Positions 29,467 through 41,183 of a stretch of 64,000 nt of DNA are shown here, piece by piece. The DNA is taken from NCBI GenBank assembly GCA_043825875.1, contig JBDRRF010000045.1, forward strand, positions 10,668 to 74,667. Reading direction: 5' to 3'. How positions within the stretch are numbered: the stretch's first letter is position 1; each line of letters opens with the position of its first letter. The notes under the pieces were generated by a model. That model did no database searches. It was given only the letters and a program-made list of their open reading frames with translations, and was not told where the DNA came from. The translations under genes and the position numbers were made by a program. Source of the DNA: Pseudomonadota bacterium. GTDB lineage: Bacteria; Desulfobacterota; Desulfobacteria; Desulfobacterales; RPRI01.

Positions 29467-32400
29467 ATGCCCGGTAGAGAAGTCAAAACTAACCAAGAAA
29501 AAATATTTGAAATTTCTCGTAACGTAATAGAAATTCCTTCAAGAAACGGTATTGCTTTGGCAGGTTTTTATTTGTTCATGTATATAGGCTTGCTCATATT
29601 ACTATTTTTTACTTCTCAAATACTTACAATTCCAAAATATGATTTTATTGTCGATGCAAGATTAAGTGACAACTATATATATCAATTTTCCGAACCATTC
29701 CCAAATTCCCTGAATATGCCGGAGCTACAAAAGAAATTAACCCAACCGATTGTTTCTGATATGGCCCAGGATGATGAGCATGTGTTTTTATCCACATTTG
29801 GCCATGGTATTCAATCATACAATAAAAATAATTTTTTATGGAAAACATACGACGCCAATAGTACCAACGTAGCGGTTAAGAATGATATTAAAGAGGTGCA
29901 CTATCAAAAAGCATATAATGATAATAGATTGTGGACACTTAACTTTGAAGGCGGAATTTCACTAGGTAAAATAAACGGTGATAAGATAAATTTTGATTCT
30001 ATCTTTGCAAGTGATTCATGGAAATATTTTACTAGAGAGGAAATTACTACAACGCTAATGTTTGATAAACATTTTGTTGCGTTTGGAACAGCATCTAAAG
30101 GTGCAGCAATTTACGATACTGATAACCATAGCTGGTACGACCTCCCGAAGATAAGGGATAAAAGAGTAAAAAAAATAATTTATAATGATAATTTACTCTG
30201 GTTTCTGACCGATCAAGGGGTTAATGTTTATCAAAAGCATAAGGTTTCAGATATAAAAAATACATTCAAACATATTCAAAAGTACCAACTTAAACAACCT
30301 AACCTGAATAATTTGAAAGCCTTTGAAAGAGATTGTGCCATAGTGCTTACGGAGGATGGAGGGTGCTTTCTATTTAAAAAGAGATGGTCAAATAAATTAC
30401 TTGGAGGAATTGCAATTCCAAATTTAACACAAGACAATATAAGGTATTCCACTTATTGGAAAAATATGTTGGTAGTATGTGGTGAATCATTTGGGGTGGT
30501 GGCATATATACCTGAACAACGAAGTTGGAAAGTATTATATAATGGCCCGATGGAAAATTTTACAGATTTTCAATATAATAATAATTTATTGGTTATAGCT
30601 ACTATTAACGGTGTAGTTTTAATTAGTGAAAAACAAACTATTCGATTATTGGAAGGTAATTATGTAAGAAAGATAGCCCTTTCGAATAAAGGAATATTAT
30701 ATTCAATTTCAAAAGATAATTCTTCTATACAAGAAATTTGCTGGTCTGATATATATGGTCTAAACCAGAAAGTACTTTTTAGTAGTGATAGGCTGCCGAT
30801 TGAAAACCAGCTGATAATTAATGACGTTTTGTTTAATGATGGATCATTTTTATTAGCAACAGATGAAAATGGTGTTATAAAATATACCCTAAATGGAAGA
30901 AGGCTTGAACAGATAAATAGAACGGAATCAGGACAAATTTATAATGCAAAAAAATTCGGGATTTCTAAAAATGATATTTTTATGTTATCCGATTATACTC
31001 TTTATAAACAAAATAAACAAACAACTTCAACTGATTGGATAAAATTCAGAAAAGATGTAAAAAATTTTCATTTAGATACGGAAACCCATGATCTATGGGT
31101 CCAAAACAAAAATGAGAGTATAACTCATTTCAAAGGCGATGAAAATAGTGAAGAGATATGGTTTGCAGGCAAAGGCCCAAAGACACTTGATCTTTCTTCT
31201 ACTAAAGGGATTATATCATCGTCTTCGCCAGGAAAATTTCGTGCATATTTTCCTGATACAATTAAAAATGAAATGAATGTATATGATTCACAGCGGGGAA
31301 TTTGGCAACCTCCCTTTAAAATTCCCCACCATGAGTTTGAAATGTTCGAGATTCACGATGCAGGGTTATTTACTTTAGGAAATGATAATAGGATTTACTT
31401 AGATAAGCAAATTTTGATTGGTGATGGGAATTCTGCTAATTTTTTAAATCATGTGATGTCGATTAAACAAAAAGAGGAAAATGGAAAAATAACTGTTTAT
31501 GGACAACGAGCCAAAAGTGATTATGAACCTCGAATAGGTAAGTGGGTGCATGGACCCGATTATTCCTTTCTTCATAAAAATGAGAATATCTCAGCAGTAT
31601 TTTCATCGGAATTAAATTATGATGGCAAAGAAATAGCAAAGACTTCGTTAAATAGGGTATTGCTGATTGACAAAAAATGGGATAAAGCAACCGAAGTTGG
31701 AACATACATAAATAGTGACCAATTTGCTGGGAAGACCTTCTGGAATCTTTACGATGGAAAGCTTATTGGTCAGACAATTACAGAGTCCGAGAAAAACATC
31801 ACATTAAGCCGTTTAGAATATTTCTCTGGATCTGCTCCAGATTTATCTGAGACATTGGAAACATGGCTTTCCGAATCTAAAAACCTTAATATCATATCAC
31901 CATCGTATTGGCATGTTTATAATTTGGAAACACATTCTTGGGATAACTATCCATTACCTAATGGAAAAACGTTGAAAGCCGATTATAACGGAAATGAGCT
32001 GCAAATAATTAATGAAAATAAAATCTATTATTTATCATCCCCTGGAAAAATTAAGCACTCATTAACGATACCATCAGGCAAATTTAAGAAATTAAATTCT
32101 TATGATGGAAATAAAGTAATAACCATTAATGGCTCAAGTAATAAAACAAATAAAACTTTTTATTATACTGAAAAAGATTGGAAACAGCTGTTGTGTGATC
32201 GATCCAGGCTTAAAGGTAAATTTAGTAATATCTCTAAAATTTTTAATCACAATAGCGCGCTTTGGGTTTCTCAATCGGGAAATTTTATTAGCCGATACAA
32301 AGATGGTTCTTGGAAAAATATTAAAATCCCAGATGGATTCAAATTAGTATCTTTCTGGAACGGGCCTGATAATCATTTATTTTTGGTAGGCTACTTAAAG

Positions 32401-35400
32401 GAGTATAAAATTGCTTTGCCTTTCTATTTTTATAACAATGGCAGGATTGATCCTCTTCCTGGCATTCCTCAAATAATTAAGGATACAAGGTTAGAAAACG
32501 ATCGTTATCTCTGGGTTAAGGGTAATTCGAATGATACTATTATTTTTGACCTAAATAATCCACAACAGAAAGGATTAAATCTTAATCGAGTATATGAAAA
32601 CATGCAATCCAAAATAGCCTACCAATTTCTTTTTAATTTTAGTGATAAAACATTCACCATCTTGCCACTACAAGAAAGAATTGATGCAGTAAAAAAAATA
32701 TTAAGGCAGAGTGAAATCAAAGAAACCCATCTTCAGAGAGATGGAAGCACCCTTAAAGTATATATGAAAACAAAAGCGGATATCTTTATTTTTGAAAATA
32801 TTGATGGCCAATGGTTTTATAGTGAATCATATACTATGAATAGGAATAATAGTTTGACCAAAACAATAATAAATTCAATTAGCGATTTTGAGCCTGTTGA
32901 TCCAGCTAATTTTAACATCGAAAAAGCTGATTTCAGGATTGCACTTTCATCTATGGAAAAAAGTTTGATATCTATGTTTCTTAACAGGGGAGCACACCCG
33001 GGTCAAATATCACAAATTAAGTCAGCAGCGTTGAAATTTAATAATTTACCTGAAACTGAGGTAGTTAAAGTTGATAATGTTATAGTTAAACTGCAAAAAG
33101 ATGGAATACACGGTTTCATCGAAACGTCTGGCAGAACATACCCACTGCCATTTAGAAACGGCTGTTTTGAAATTGACGATGCTATTATAGATGCAACTAT
33201 TAACTCGACAGGACAGTGGGTTGCTCTAAGAAAAAACAGTTTAGCTTTTTATGAAGATAGAACTTTTAAAAAGCTAATAAATTACGGTAAATTCGATTCA
33301 ATTATTTCTAAAAGTGCTTTCATAGAAACTATGGGTAACGAGTTAATTTTAAATACGCCTGATGCAGCATTTTCCATTTCTTTATCAAACGGTATGATAC
33401 ATTTGACTCCCTACAAAAGAAATAATAATCAAACGATATATGCCAACTCTGTTACAGGTTTTGAAGTGGTAAAAAAGGGGGTAGATATAAACATTTTGAT
33501 AAATGGTGTTTCTTTTACCGGCAGGGAAAAATTTCCTTTTGATAATATTAAGAAAATTGCTGCCTCAAAATCAAATATATACCTGATGACAGAAGGGGCA
33601 GTGTGGAAATTTTATACATCATCAGGTAACTTAGACAAATCTGAATTTTATAAAATTCCAAAGCATATAGGCAAAAACAAAACATTTTCTTTGTGTTTCA
33701 GCAAAGGTATTTATTTGAACGATGGGAATTATCTTTACCACATAGACAAGAGTTTTAGTAGGGTATCAAATAACGAATGCCCTAAAATGATTAAGGTTGC
33801 AGATGAATTAGGGTGGCAATGGTATTTTCATCAGGATGGAATTATCTATTTCAAAGCAAACAAGGATGGAAAATGGACTAAAGCAATCCGTCAAAAAAGT
33901 GGGGAGCAGTTTCTTGATGATAAATTTGAATGGTTAACTTTTTTTAATGGGCATCTTTATGCCGCTCAAGGACTGGGGATAACAATGTTCTCTAAAAACG
34001 GAAAGGAGGACATATATTATTCTGGTGAAAAAATTGTTGAAATAAAAGAATTTAATAGATTCCTTTATGCCAAGAGTGAAAGCTCAAAGATCTATGTTCT
34101 TTCAAAAACTAACAAATGGAAAATTTGTAATGATACATCACTAAGTAGTATTTTTAACCGATACACTCAAGTTTATTCCGATCCATTTATAATAGTAGAA
34201 AAGTTCAAGAATTCACTTAGGTTTAAAACTATAGAAGGAGATATTCTGGATTGGGATAAGAGCAAAAGAAAATTTATATCGGATATAGCAAGGGATTTTG
34301 TAGTAATAAATGATACCTTATTTATTGTTAATAGCCAAAACAACAAAATTGTTTCATTTAACTATTCTGGGCAGCGTACAGGATTTCATCTTAAAGATAA
34401 GATAATTTCAGGCTTTGAAGAACATGAAAATAACTTCATAGCTTTATCTGATAAGGATAAATATATATTTAATCGGAAAACAACAAAATGGGAAAAATCG
34501 GATATTTCACAGATTGTAATAGCTCAAAAAGCAGGGATTCTTTTTAATAAACATTTAAACATTCCGGAAAAAAAGATTAATCCTGTTTTAAGTGGAAGAG
34601 AGGTGAAAAATTTTTGGAATAATGGGAAGTTCACTTTTGATCAGATAGAGACTTTTGCAGCGGGAAATAATAATTGGTGGGCAATGACAAAGAGTGGCCT
34701 GATAAATGTAAATAATGGTTATGATGCACATCTAATTAAATTCTATCCTGAAATAATAAATGCCTCTCGTATGAAAATTATAAACACCGAAATATTTTTG
34801 CAAATTGGAAGTCAAATGCTTGCTTTAGACGAAAATAGCGGAAAACTATCAAATACTAACATTCCAATATTCACAAAGACAGTTTTTGACTATAGTTTTG
34901 ATAGGAACAAAGGTTTTAAATGGATAATGAAAGAGGTAAGAGATACTGATCCACGACAAACATTTCTACTTAATACATCATGGCGAGAAAAAATTACGGA
35001 TGTTTTTTACCATAACCGGTTTTTCTGGGACCAGGTGTACAGTGCTGCTTATGAAATGGACAAAGGATTATATTGGTTTGTAACTCCCCAAAATTTAGCA
35101 GTTAATCGGTATGATATTCAGAAAGGAGGAAACTTTCAATTAGTTTTATTTCAAATTCCAGATGTGGGCATTGAACAGTATCCAAAGCACAGCCTTGTGG
35201 ATGCTGTATTTGCTAATAATACTCTTAACATTCTTTTTGTTGATTTTAAGAACAAGAGCGAAATCAACAGAAAATGGAATTTGTCCAAATGGCAAAGTAT
35301 AGAAAAAAATGATTATGCATTTTGGCATTGGGGGACTGTATATAATATAAAGGAAAATACTTGGAAACCTTTTAAGATGACTTATTCAGAATATGCATAT

Positions 35401-37131
35401 GCCAAAGGAAATGACATGTTCAGATTTGAAGGCCCTGATGATTATCCCGTTTTCGCTGAGTTAGATTATCCTAAGGGTTTTGGGAGATTCTCTTTTGATT
35501 ATATTAAGTCTATACATCCAATTGACAATACGGTTTGGGCAGGTACTAAAGGAGGGCTAATAAAACTAAGATATCTGTATTCTAAAGATACCAAGAGGCT
35601 TGAAATTGAAAAAATATTTTTAACGGACGATGGATTAAACAACCTATCGATATTAAAACTTAAAGAACAAAATCAAAAAGGATTGTTGGGATTACTGACC
35701 AGAAATAAGAGTGAGAAAGAGAGTGCGCAACAGATACAGATCCCTCTATGGACTCATGAAGAAAAATATAAAAAAGAGACACAAAAAACTTTGTTTATAA
35801 GAAACCCCCAAAACAAAATAAAATATATACTTTCTTATTACCCAGTTCTTGATGAATATATATTTTCCATTAAGCTTTCTAAAAAAGATAAAATTAATCT
35901 ATTTCAATGTCTACCCATACAGAACGAAAAAACATTAAAAGTCAGAACTGAACATCAAAAGTATATAATTAATATAAACAAAAAGGATATTAGCTTTGAT
36001 ATCAAACCGTCTAACAATACACAAACATTCTCAAAGCTAAGTTTTGCAGATTTTAATAATCCAAGACCTTTTTTGATTAATTTTAATGAAGAATTCTCGT
36101 ATGATAATAAGTTGAGCTGGGGCCATTTAAAAAATGGCAAACCTGCATTTAGATCTACGGATGGTAAAATATATGAAATTATCAATCTAATTGATATCAA
36201 TAACTTATATGTAAACCAAAAGGGTTTGTCTTGGAATATTTATAGTAAAAATGGGATGCTTTCATATTTTTATAACGAATTAAATGACAGGATTGAAGAA
36301 ATCAAAGAAACTCAGGAGGGCTATGAATGGATAAACCATGTTCCCCCTGCAGGAACAGGAATTTCACATTACCTGCATGAAAATGATATTATTGATGAAG
36401 AAAAGGGAACTTATTCAGGTATTATAACGAACGTTGAAAGTGAATGGATAAAACTTATTGTAAAACGGAACAAAATACCTCTAACAACAATTGGCAACAA
36501 AACTGATTATCATCTTCTATTAGGAAAAACGTATCTATTTCCTAAAAAAAGAGTCAAGATTATAAATACTATAAGAAAGCAAAAAACACCCTTGGTAATT
36601 GGAAAGCGAAATTATGATTTGAAAAATAGACTAGATAAAACCAATAAAATTCTTAACACAGAACGAGGACTTATAGCCTATACAAAAAATCAGTTTTTAG
36701 AATTTAATCTTGACCGAAAAAAAGTATTTTATTCGTCCTTTCCTTGCGATTTGCAACCTCATAATTTATGGGAAGAAAACGGTGATCTCATGATGAGTTT
36801 TGTGAAGAAAGGAGACACAGAAGAAAAAATTGAAACAGATGTATGGAAGTATCTCCCATTTTCTATGACTCCTAAAAGAACTGAAGAAATTACACCGCAA
36901 GATATTAAACAGATAAAAATAATAAATTCAAACAGGAGATTGATGGCAGATGAACATACTGGCTTTGTAGTTGATACTGGAAGAAAAAGAAAGAAGATTG
37001 AAAAAAGTAGTGAATGGGTTTTCGATACAAAAATAAACAAGGTTGTCAAATTTTCAAATGACAGTTCAAGAAAAGGTTACTGGATTGCAACTGATACCAG
37101 TGGGTTGATATGGAGTAAATATCCATTTTAG
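29467..37131 (+). CDS. Giant membrane-anchored, beta-rich (multi-propeller-like) protein
   Basis: N-terminal TM (IALAGFYLFMYIGLLILLFF); repeated blade-like motifs (VFLSTFGHG, LWFLTDQGV, LLATDENGV, VWAGTKGGL, YWIATDTSGL); recurrent G(K/R)FxFD motifs. Confidence 0.75.
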   Translation: MPGREVKTNQEKIFEISRNVIEIPSRNGIALAGFYLFMYIGLLILLFFTSQILTIPKYDFIVDARLSDNYIYQFSEPFPNSLNMPELQKKLTQPIVSDMAQDDEHVFLSTFGHGIQSYNKNNFLWKTYDANSTNVAVKNDIKEVHYQKAYNDNRLWTLNFEGGISLGKINGDKINFDSIFASDSWKYFTREEITTTLMFDKHFVAFGTASKGAAIYDTDNHSWYDLPKIRDKRVKKIIYNDNLLWFLTDQGVNVYQKHKVSDIKNTFKHIQKYQLKQPNLNNLKAFERDCAIVLTEDGGCFLFKKRWSNKLLGGIAIPNLTQDNIRYSTYWKNMLVVCGESFGVVAYIPEQRSWKVLYNGPMENFTDFQYNNNLLVIATINGVVLISEKQTIRLLEGNYVRKIALSNKGILYSISKDNSSIQEICWSDIYGLNQKVLFSSDRLPIENQLIINDVLFNDGSFLLATDENGVIKYTLNGRRLEQINRTESGQIYNAKKFGISKNDIFMLSDYTLYKQNKQTTSTDWIKFRKDVKNFHLDTETHDLWVQNKNESITHFKGDENSEEIWFAGKGPKTLDLSSTKGIISSSSPGKFRAYFPDTIKNEMNVYDSQRGIWQPPFKIPHHEFEMFEIHDAGLFTLGNDNRIYLDKQILIGDGNSANFLNHVMSIKQKEENGKITVYGQRAKSDYEPRIGKWVHGPDYSFLHKNENISAVFSSELNYDGKEIAKTSLNRVLLIDKKWDKATEVGTYINSDQFAGKTFWNLYDGKLIGQTITESEKNITLSRLEYFSGSAPDLSETLETWLSESKNLNIISPSYWHVYNLETHSWDNYPLPNGKTLKADYNGNELQIINENKIYYLSSPGKIKHSLTIPSGKFKKLNSYDGNKVITINGSSNKTNKTFYYTEKDWKQLLCDRSRLKGKFSNISKIFNHNSALWVSQSGNFISRYKDGSWKNIKIPDGFKLVSFWNGPDNHLFLVGYLKEYKIALPFYFYNNGRIDPLPGIPQIIKDTRLENDRYLWVKGNSNDTIIFDLNNPQQKGLNLNRVYENMQSKIAYQFLFNFSDKTFTILPLQERIDAVKKILRQSEIKETHLQRDGSTLKVYMKTKADIFIFENIDGQWFYSESYTMNRNNSLTKTIINSISDFEPVDPANFNIEKADFRIALSSMEKSLISMFLNRGAHPGQISQIKSAALKFNNLPETEVVKVDNVIVKLQKDGIHGFIETSGRTYPLPFRNGCFEIDDAIIDATINSTGQWVALRKNSLAFYEDRTFKKLINYGKFDSIISKSAFIETMGNELILNTPDAAFSISLSNGMIHLTPYKRNNNQTIYANSVTGFEVVKKGVDINILINGVSFTGREKFPFDNIKKIAASKSNIYLMTEGAVWKFYTSSGNLDKSEFYKIPKHIGKNKTFSLCFSKGIYLNDGNYLYHIDKSFSRVSNNECPKMIKVADELGWQWYFHQDGIIYFKANKDGKWTKAIRQKSGEQFLDDKFEWLTFFNGHLYAAQGLGITMFSKNGKEDIYYSGEKIVEIKEFNRFLYAKSESSKIYVLSKTNKWKICNDTSLSSIFNRYTQVYSDPFIIVEKFKNSLRFKTIEGDILDWDKSKRKFISDIARDFVVINDTLFIVNSQNNKIVSFNYSGQRTGFHLKDKIISGFEEHENNFIALSDKDKYIFNRKTTKWEKSDISQIVIAQKAGILFNKHLNIPEKKINPVLSGREVKNFWNNGKFTFDQIETFAAGNNNWWAMTKSGLINVNNGYDAHLIKFYPEIINASRMKIINTEIFLQIGSQMLALDENSGKLSNTNIPIFTKTVFDYSFDRNKGFKWIMKEVRDTDPRQTFLLNTSWREKITDVFYHNRFFWDQVYSAAYEMDKGLYWFVTPQNLAVNRYDIQKGGNFQLVLFQIPDVGIEQYPKHSLVDAVFANNTLNILFVDFKNKSEINRKWNLSKWQSIEKNDYAFWHWGTVYNIKENTWKPFKMTYSEYAYAKGNDMFRFEGPDDYPVFAELDYPKGFGRFSFDYIKSIHPIDNTVWAGTKGGLIKLRYLYSKDTKRLEIEKIFLTDDGLNNLSILKLKEQNQKGLLGLLTRNKSEKESAQQIQIPLWTHEEKYKKETQKTLFIRNPQNKIKYILSYYPVLDEYIFSIKLSKKDKINLFQCLPIQNEKTLKVRTEHQKYIININKKDISFDIKPSNNTQTFSKLSFADFNNPRPFLINFNEEFSYDNKLSWGHLKNGKPAFRSTDGKIYEIINLIDINNLYVNQKGLSWNIYSKNGMLSYFYNELNDRIEEIKETQEGYEWINHVPPAGTGISHYLHENDIIDEEKGTYSGIITNVESEWIKLIVKRNKIPLTTIGNKTDYHLLLGKTYLFPKKRVKIINTIRKQKTPLVIGKRNYDLKNRLDKTNKILNTERGLIAYTKNQFLEFNLDRKKVFYSSFPCDLQPHNLWEENGDLMMSFVKKGDTEEKIETDVWKYLPFSMTPKRTEEITPQDIKQIKIINSNRRLMADEHTGFVVDTGRKRKKIEKSSEWVFDTKINKVVKFSNDSSRKGYWIATDTSGLIWSKYPF

Positions 37132-37204
37132 CTTTTAATAATATTAATAGAATCGAAACTTTTTTTAATATAATTTTTAAAACAAATAAATCGGTAACAA
37201 TCAT

Positions 37205-38413
37205 ATGGTGGCAGACGAAAAAAACAATACTTGGGCAGTTCTGATGCGTAAAGCGTCTGAATGCAGCAATAACGAACCTGAAGAATGCAAGCTTAATGTA
37301 TTTAATTCCGTAAAAGAAGAAAAGGCTGAACAACAAAACTCAACAGAAATAATTAATTCGAAGAGAAGTTTTAACGGGTTTGCAGAACAATTATCAGTAA
37401 AATCCGACAAGCGCAAATATCTAAGTGAAACGGATGCCGTAGACCATAATAGCTCTTATGTCTTCGATTCGGAAAAGCACACAAGTAAATTCTTATGGCT
37501 TTTAAAAAGTTTGATTATATATTTCTTCGTTCCCTTATTAGTCTGCATAATATTGGTAATGATAGTCAAATATTATATTAGGGATGATAATAAGATACTG
37601 ACAAATATTTCCGAGAATAGTGCAAGTACGCAAGTTGATCTGGAATTGTTGAACAAAGATAAAGCAGATAATTCTGAGGAGGAAATAAATACCGAACATG
37701 TTATAAAAAATCCTGTTAATGACATTTTAAAAGGGGATGCTAATAAAAATTCTTTAACACCTTTACCTTATGGATATATAAAAAAAGATTTTAACTTAAT
37801 AGCACAGCGAAAATCCGATAGTTATTTATTGGACTCTAATATTGTGGCAGTTTTTTATCATAAGGATCTTAAAATGGCAATAGATAATAGAATGGCAATA
37901 ATTGATGATAATAGAGAAAAGCTCAATGCAAGAAGATTGTTGTCATTTGAGAGAGGAGATAAAGAAGATAAGATCCTTGATGAAATGATTTTTACAGTTA
38001 CACAAAAAGAAGTCGACTCTAAAATTAATGATATTGAAAAACTAAAGGTGATCTTGGGTGCGAAATCAATAGATAATGATGAAATAAAATTTATAAAAAA
38101 AGAGATAGAAGAAAAGACAATCAACCATTCAATTTTTTGTAAAATTGCCTTAGAAAATTTTTCCGTTTCTGAAAACACGGTTACAAAACGTATTAACCAA
38201 TATTCAAAGAATTTTATATATCAACAAGAATTTTCAGATTGGGCGCTAAAAAAATATGGTACAATTTCCAATTTCAGGAAAATAGTTCGATTAAACATTG
38301 CTGAAGAGACTTATATGAAATTACTCAAACAGGAGAGTAAAGACTTCGAAACAGCAATGAAAAACATCAAAATGGATTTCATTGTTAACAGAAAGAAAGA
38401 TACATTGAATTAA
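37205..38413 (+). CDS. Single-TM protein with SurA-N-like helical C-terminal region
   Basis: TM LIIYFFVPLLVCIILVMIV; ILDEMIFTVTQKEVDSKI and SVSENTVTKRI..EFSDWALKKYGTISNFRKIVR resemble SurA/PrsA chaperone domains. Confidence 0.55.
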   Translation: MVADEKNNTWAVLMRKASECSNNEPEECKLNVFNSVKEEKAEQQNSTEIINSKRSFNGFAEQLSVKSDKRKYLSETDAVDHNSSYVFDSEKHTSKFLWLLKSLIIYFFVPLLVCIILVMIVKYYIRDDNKILTNISENSASTQVDLELLNKDKADNSEEEINTEHVIKNPVNDILKGDANKNSLTPLPYGYIKKDFNLIAQRKSDSYLLDSNIVAVFYHKDLKMAIDNRMAIIDDNREKLNARRLLSFERGDKEDKILDEMIFTVTQKEVDSKINDIEKLKVILGAKSIDNDEIKFIKKEIEEKTINHSIFCKIALENFSVSENTVTKRINQYSKNFIYQQEFSDWALKKYGTISNFRKIVRLNIAEETYMKLLKQESKDFETAMKNIKMDFIVNRKKDTLN

Positions 38414-38547
38414 CAAGATTGTTAAAATAAAACATTTGAGAAACTTTAGAAATACATACGTATATGTATACATGTGTTGTATCCTATAATTAGCTGTGCA
38501 ATTTCTAAGAGCATAAAATTGGGCACACAGAATCAGAGGAAAATAAT

Positions 38548-39858
38548 ATGGCTTTAACAGTTGAAATTGAAAAACAGCTTTATGATTTTAACGAAGTTCG
38601 AGATATATCAAGCTTTAGTAATCCAGGCTTTTCTATAGCAATTTATAAGGCAGATATAGAAAAACTATGGGATGAACGAATATCCGGACAAATAGTTGAT
38701 ACGAACGGAAACGTCCAAAACGTGAGTTTGAAGATTTATCAATGGTGTCAATATCGACTCTTAAAACTCCAGGTAGCTTTGTCTCAATATTTTCTTAATT
38801 TTGAAAACCACATTGAGATGATGATAGCATGTGCCATTGCCCAAGAGCCAATTTTATTTATTGGCCCACCTGGTGTTGCAAAAACTGAATTGGCAATAAG
38901 CTTTTTTGGTGGAATTGGTTTAAGAAGGCCGACGGCAGATTCAAAAGAGAAACAAAATGATTCCAAATATTTTGAATATTTGCTATCTCCCTATACAGTT
39001 CCTGAAGAACTTTTTGGACTATTAGATATTGATAAACTGAAAGATGGTGAAGTAACAAGAATAAATCAAAATATGATTACAGGCAAGCATGTCAGGGGAG
39101 TATTTCTAGATGAAGTGTTTAATGCATCGAGCAATATTCTTAATACTTTGCTTACTTTAATTAATGAAAGACGCTATTTTGATAAAGGGATGTTCCAACC
39201 GGCTGATTTAAAAATATTGATTGGTGCTTCAAACGACACACCAGTAGGTAAATATGGTTCTGGGCAAGGATTTGCCGGGAAAAAATCAGCTGAGCTCAGA
39301 GCCTTTTATGATAGATTTACAATAAGGCTCTACTTTCCAACTCCACAGGAGCTGAGCCCTACCAATGAAGCTCTGATAAAAGATAATTACAAAAAAATTC
39401 TTGAGATTTCTCAAGAGCGGACCATGGAAAAATTAACCATGGAAAGGCCCCAGGAATTCAGGCAGATCGCATGTATTAATGATATTCTTTTGCTTGGTCG
39501 ACTAATAGGCCATCGGAATATGAAATTACCGGAAGAAATACAAGAGCTCGCACTTTCTGTCATATCAGGTCTGTCCCTTAAACGTTCAGTAAAGGAATTG
39601 TGCACTATGTCACCAAGAAAAGCTAACAAGGTGATACCCATGATTTGCGCTAGTTCCTTCCTGATTCCTCCAGAAAATCTCAGAACCAATCGCAATGGTA
39701 ATTTTTCAACGGAAGAATTGATAAAATATGTTAATAAAGACACATATCCAAAAGTATCAGAAAAAAACCTAACTGCATTCTATCATATTTGGGATTTTGA
39801 AAAAGACCGAGGACAATTAGAAAATGAGGTTAACACTTTATTGGAGCAAATGCAATGA
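38548..39858 (+). CDS. MoxR/RavA-type AAA+ ATPase
   Basis: Walker A GPPGVAKT; FEYLLSPYTVPEELFG; Walker B FLDEVFNASSNILNTLLTLINER; GASN; AFYDRF; sensor II MSPRK. Confidence 0.92.
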   Translation: MALTVEIEKQLYDFNEVRDISSFSNPGFSIAIYKADIEKLWDERISGQIVDTNGNVQNVSLKIYQWCQYRLLKLQVALSQYFLNFENHIEMMIACAIAQEPILFIGPPGVAKTELAISFFGGIGLRRPTADSKEKQNDSKYFEYLLSPYTVPEELFGLLDIDKLKDGEVTRINQNMITGKHVRGVFLDEVFNASSNILNTLLTLINERRYFDKGMFQPADLKILIGASNDTPVGKYGSGQGFAGKKSAELRAFYDRFTIRLYFPTPQELSPTNEALIKDNYKKILEISQERTMEKLTMERPQEFRQIACINDILLLGRLIGHRNMKLPEEIQELALSVISGLSLKRSVKELCTMSPRKANKVIPMICASSFLIPPENLRTNRNGNFSTEELIKYVNKDTYPKVSEKNLTAFYHIWDFEKDRGQLENEVNTLLEQMQ

Positions 39859-41183
39859 CACCCAAATACTGCCCTAATATGGATTGCAGAAAAGAGATTA
39901 TTATAAAAGGGCCTTTAGAATTTTGTGATGAATGCGGTAGGGCATTTATAGTTTGCTCAAATAGAGACTGCAGTACACCAAATCATATATCGGCTGTATA
40001 CTGTAAGGCTTGTGGGCAGACTATTACAACAAAAAATGGGATGATTCAATCATATAAACTTAGGATTCTTGATGATGGGGAAAAAAGAAGAGGATTGTTT
40101 GTAGAGTACAATATAAAGACTGATCAAAAAATTCCAGACAAGATAAAAATGGCCGATGTTTATGGCAGTCTTGTAGTTTTTACCGGTGATTCAGGAGGAG
40201 AGTATAATAATCTGTATTTAATACACCCTTTAATGAATTCAGAACCAATAAATATAACACAATTCCTTCCGTATAACAGTACTTTTTCTGGGTTTTTAAC
40301 AGCAACCAATAAATACATTTTTTTGGGCTCAAATCATGTGTTATATCGAATCGGCATACCGTCTGTATCAACAGCCATACCATCAAGAATTGATTTAAAA
40401 AAATATAATGTCCAAAGCTCTGAAGTATATTATCTATCCGAAAATCTACTTCTGCTAAGGAATGAGTCATCCTTAGCTTTATGGGATATTGAAGCGGAAA
40501 ATACAACTAACTATTTTGACTTTATTGGAGGAAATATTATCATTCAAGATGATACCCTCCTGATAGCTCAATCTCAAGCACTATCTTTTTTGAAATTAAA
40601 CAAGGAGGAAAAAATTCTTCAACCTGTAGCTAAATTAAATCTTGCTGAAAAGGGAAATATTTATTCTCCATGTTATGTTTGTGGTAAGCTCTATGCAATT
40701 TCGCAAAATAGTAAGGCCTTACTCCTAAAATGGAATTTGGGGAAAGATATACTACCAATAAATGAATTGCCTAAATCCATCAAAAAGGATGGTTTGCATC
40801 ATATTTATAACGTTGGAGTACTTCCTAATCGGTATTTATTGCAATTTAACAACCATGCCGAAATTTGTGATTCTAACAGAGACATGCCAGATTATAGGTT
40901 TGATGAACCCATATCACAACATATTGCAGCAAAGTCCTGTGGGATACTTATTGCCCTGCCGTTTATTAATCCCATAGGAAACAGTATCTATATTTCCTTA
41001 ATAAATGCTCAAAATGGAAAATATGTTTTTTCGACAGATTCATTTTCCATGGTATATGCAGATCCGGTGCTCTGGGGACCATATTTTTTCGTTTTGGCAA
41101 AAAAAAATGACGTGGATTCAATAAAGCTTTATGGTTATGATCTAATGAGAGCTAAAAGGGACTCCAACGATGCTGAAGCATAG
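39855..41183 (+). CDS. Multi-zinc-ribbon plus beta-propeller-like protein
   Basis: CPNMDC, CDECG, CSNRDC and CKACG, followed by a beta-strand-rich region; overlaps both neighbours. Confidence 0.7.
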   Translation: MTPKYCPNMDCRKEIIIKGPLEFCDECGRAFIVCSNRDCSTPNHISAVYCKACGQTITTKNGMIQSYKLRILDDGEKRRGLFVEYNIKTDQKIPDKIKMADVYGSLVVFTGDSGGEYNNLYLIHPLMNSEPINITQFLPYNSTFSGFLTATNKYIFLGSNHVLYRIGIPSVSTAIPSRIDLKKYNVQSSEVYYLSENLLLLRNESSLALWDIEAENTTNYFDFIGGNIIIQDDTLLIAQSQALSFLKLNKEEKILQPVAKLNLAEKGNIYSPCYVCGKLYAISQNSKALLLKWNLGKDILPINELPKSIKKDGLHHIYNVGVLPNRYLLQFNNHAEICDSNRDMPDYRFDEPISQHIAAKSCGILIALPFINPIGNSIYISLINAQNGKYVFSTDSFSMVYADPVLWGPYFFVLAKKNDVDSIKLYGYDLMRAKRDSNDAEA

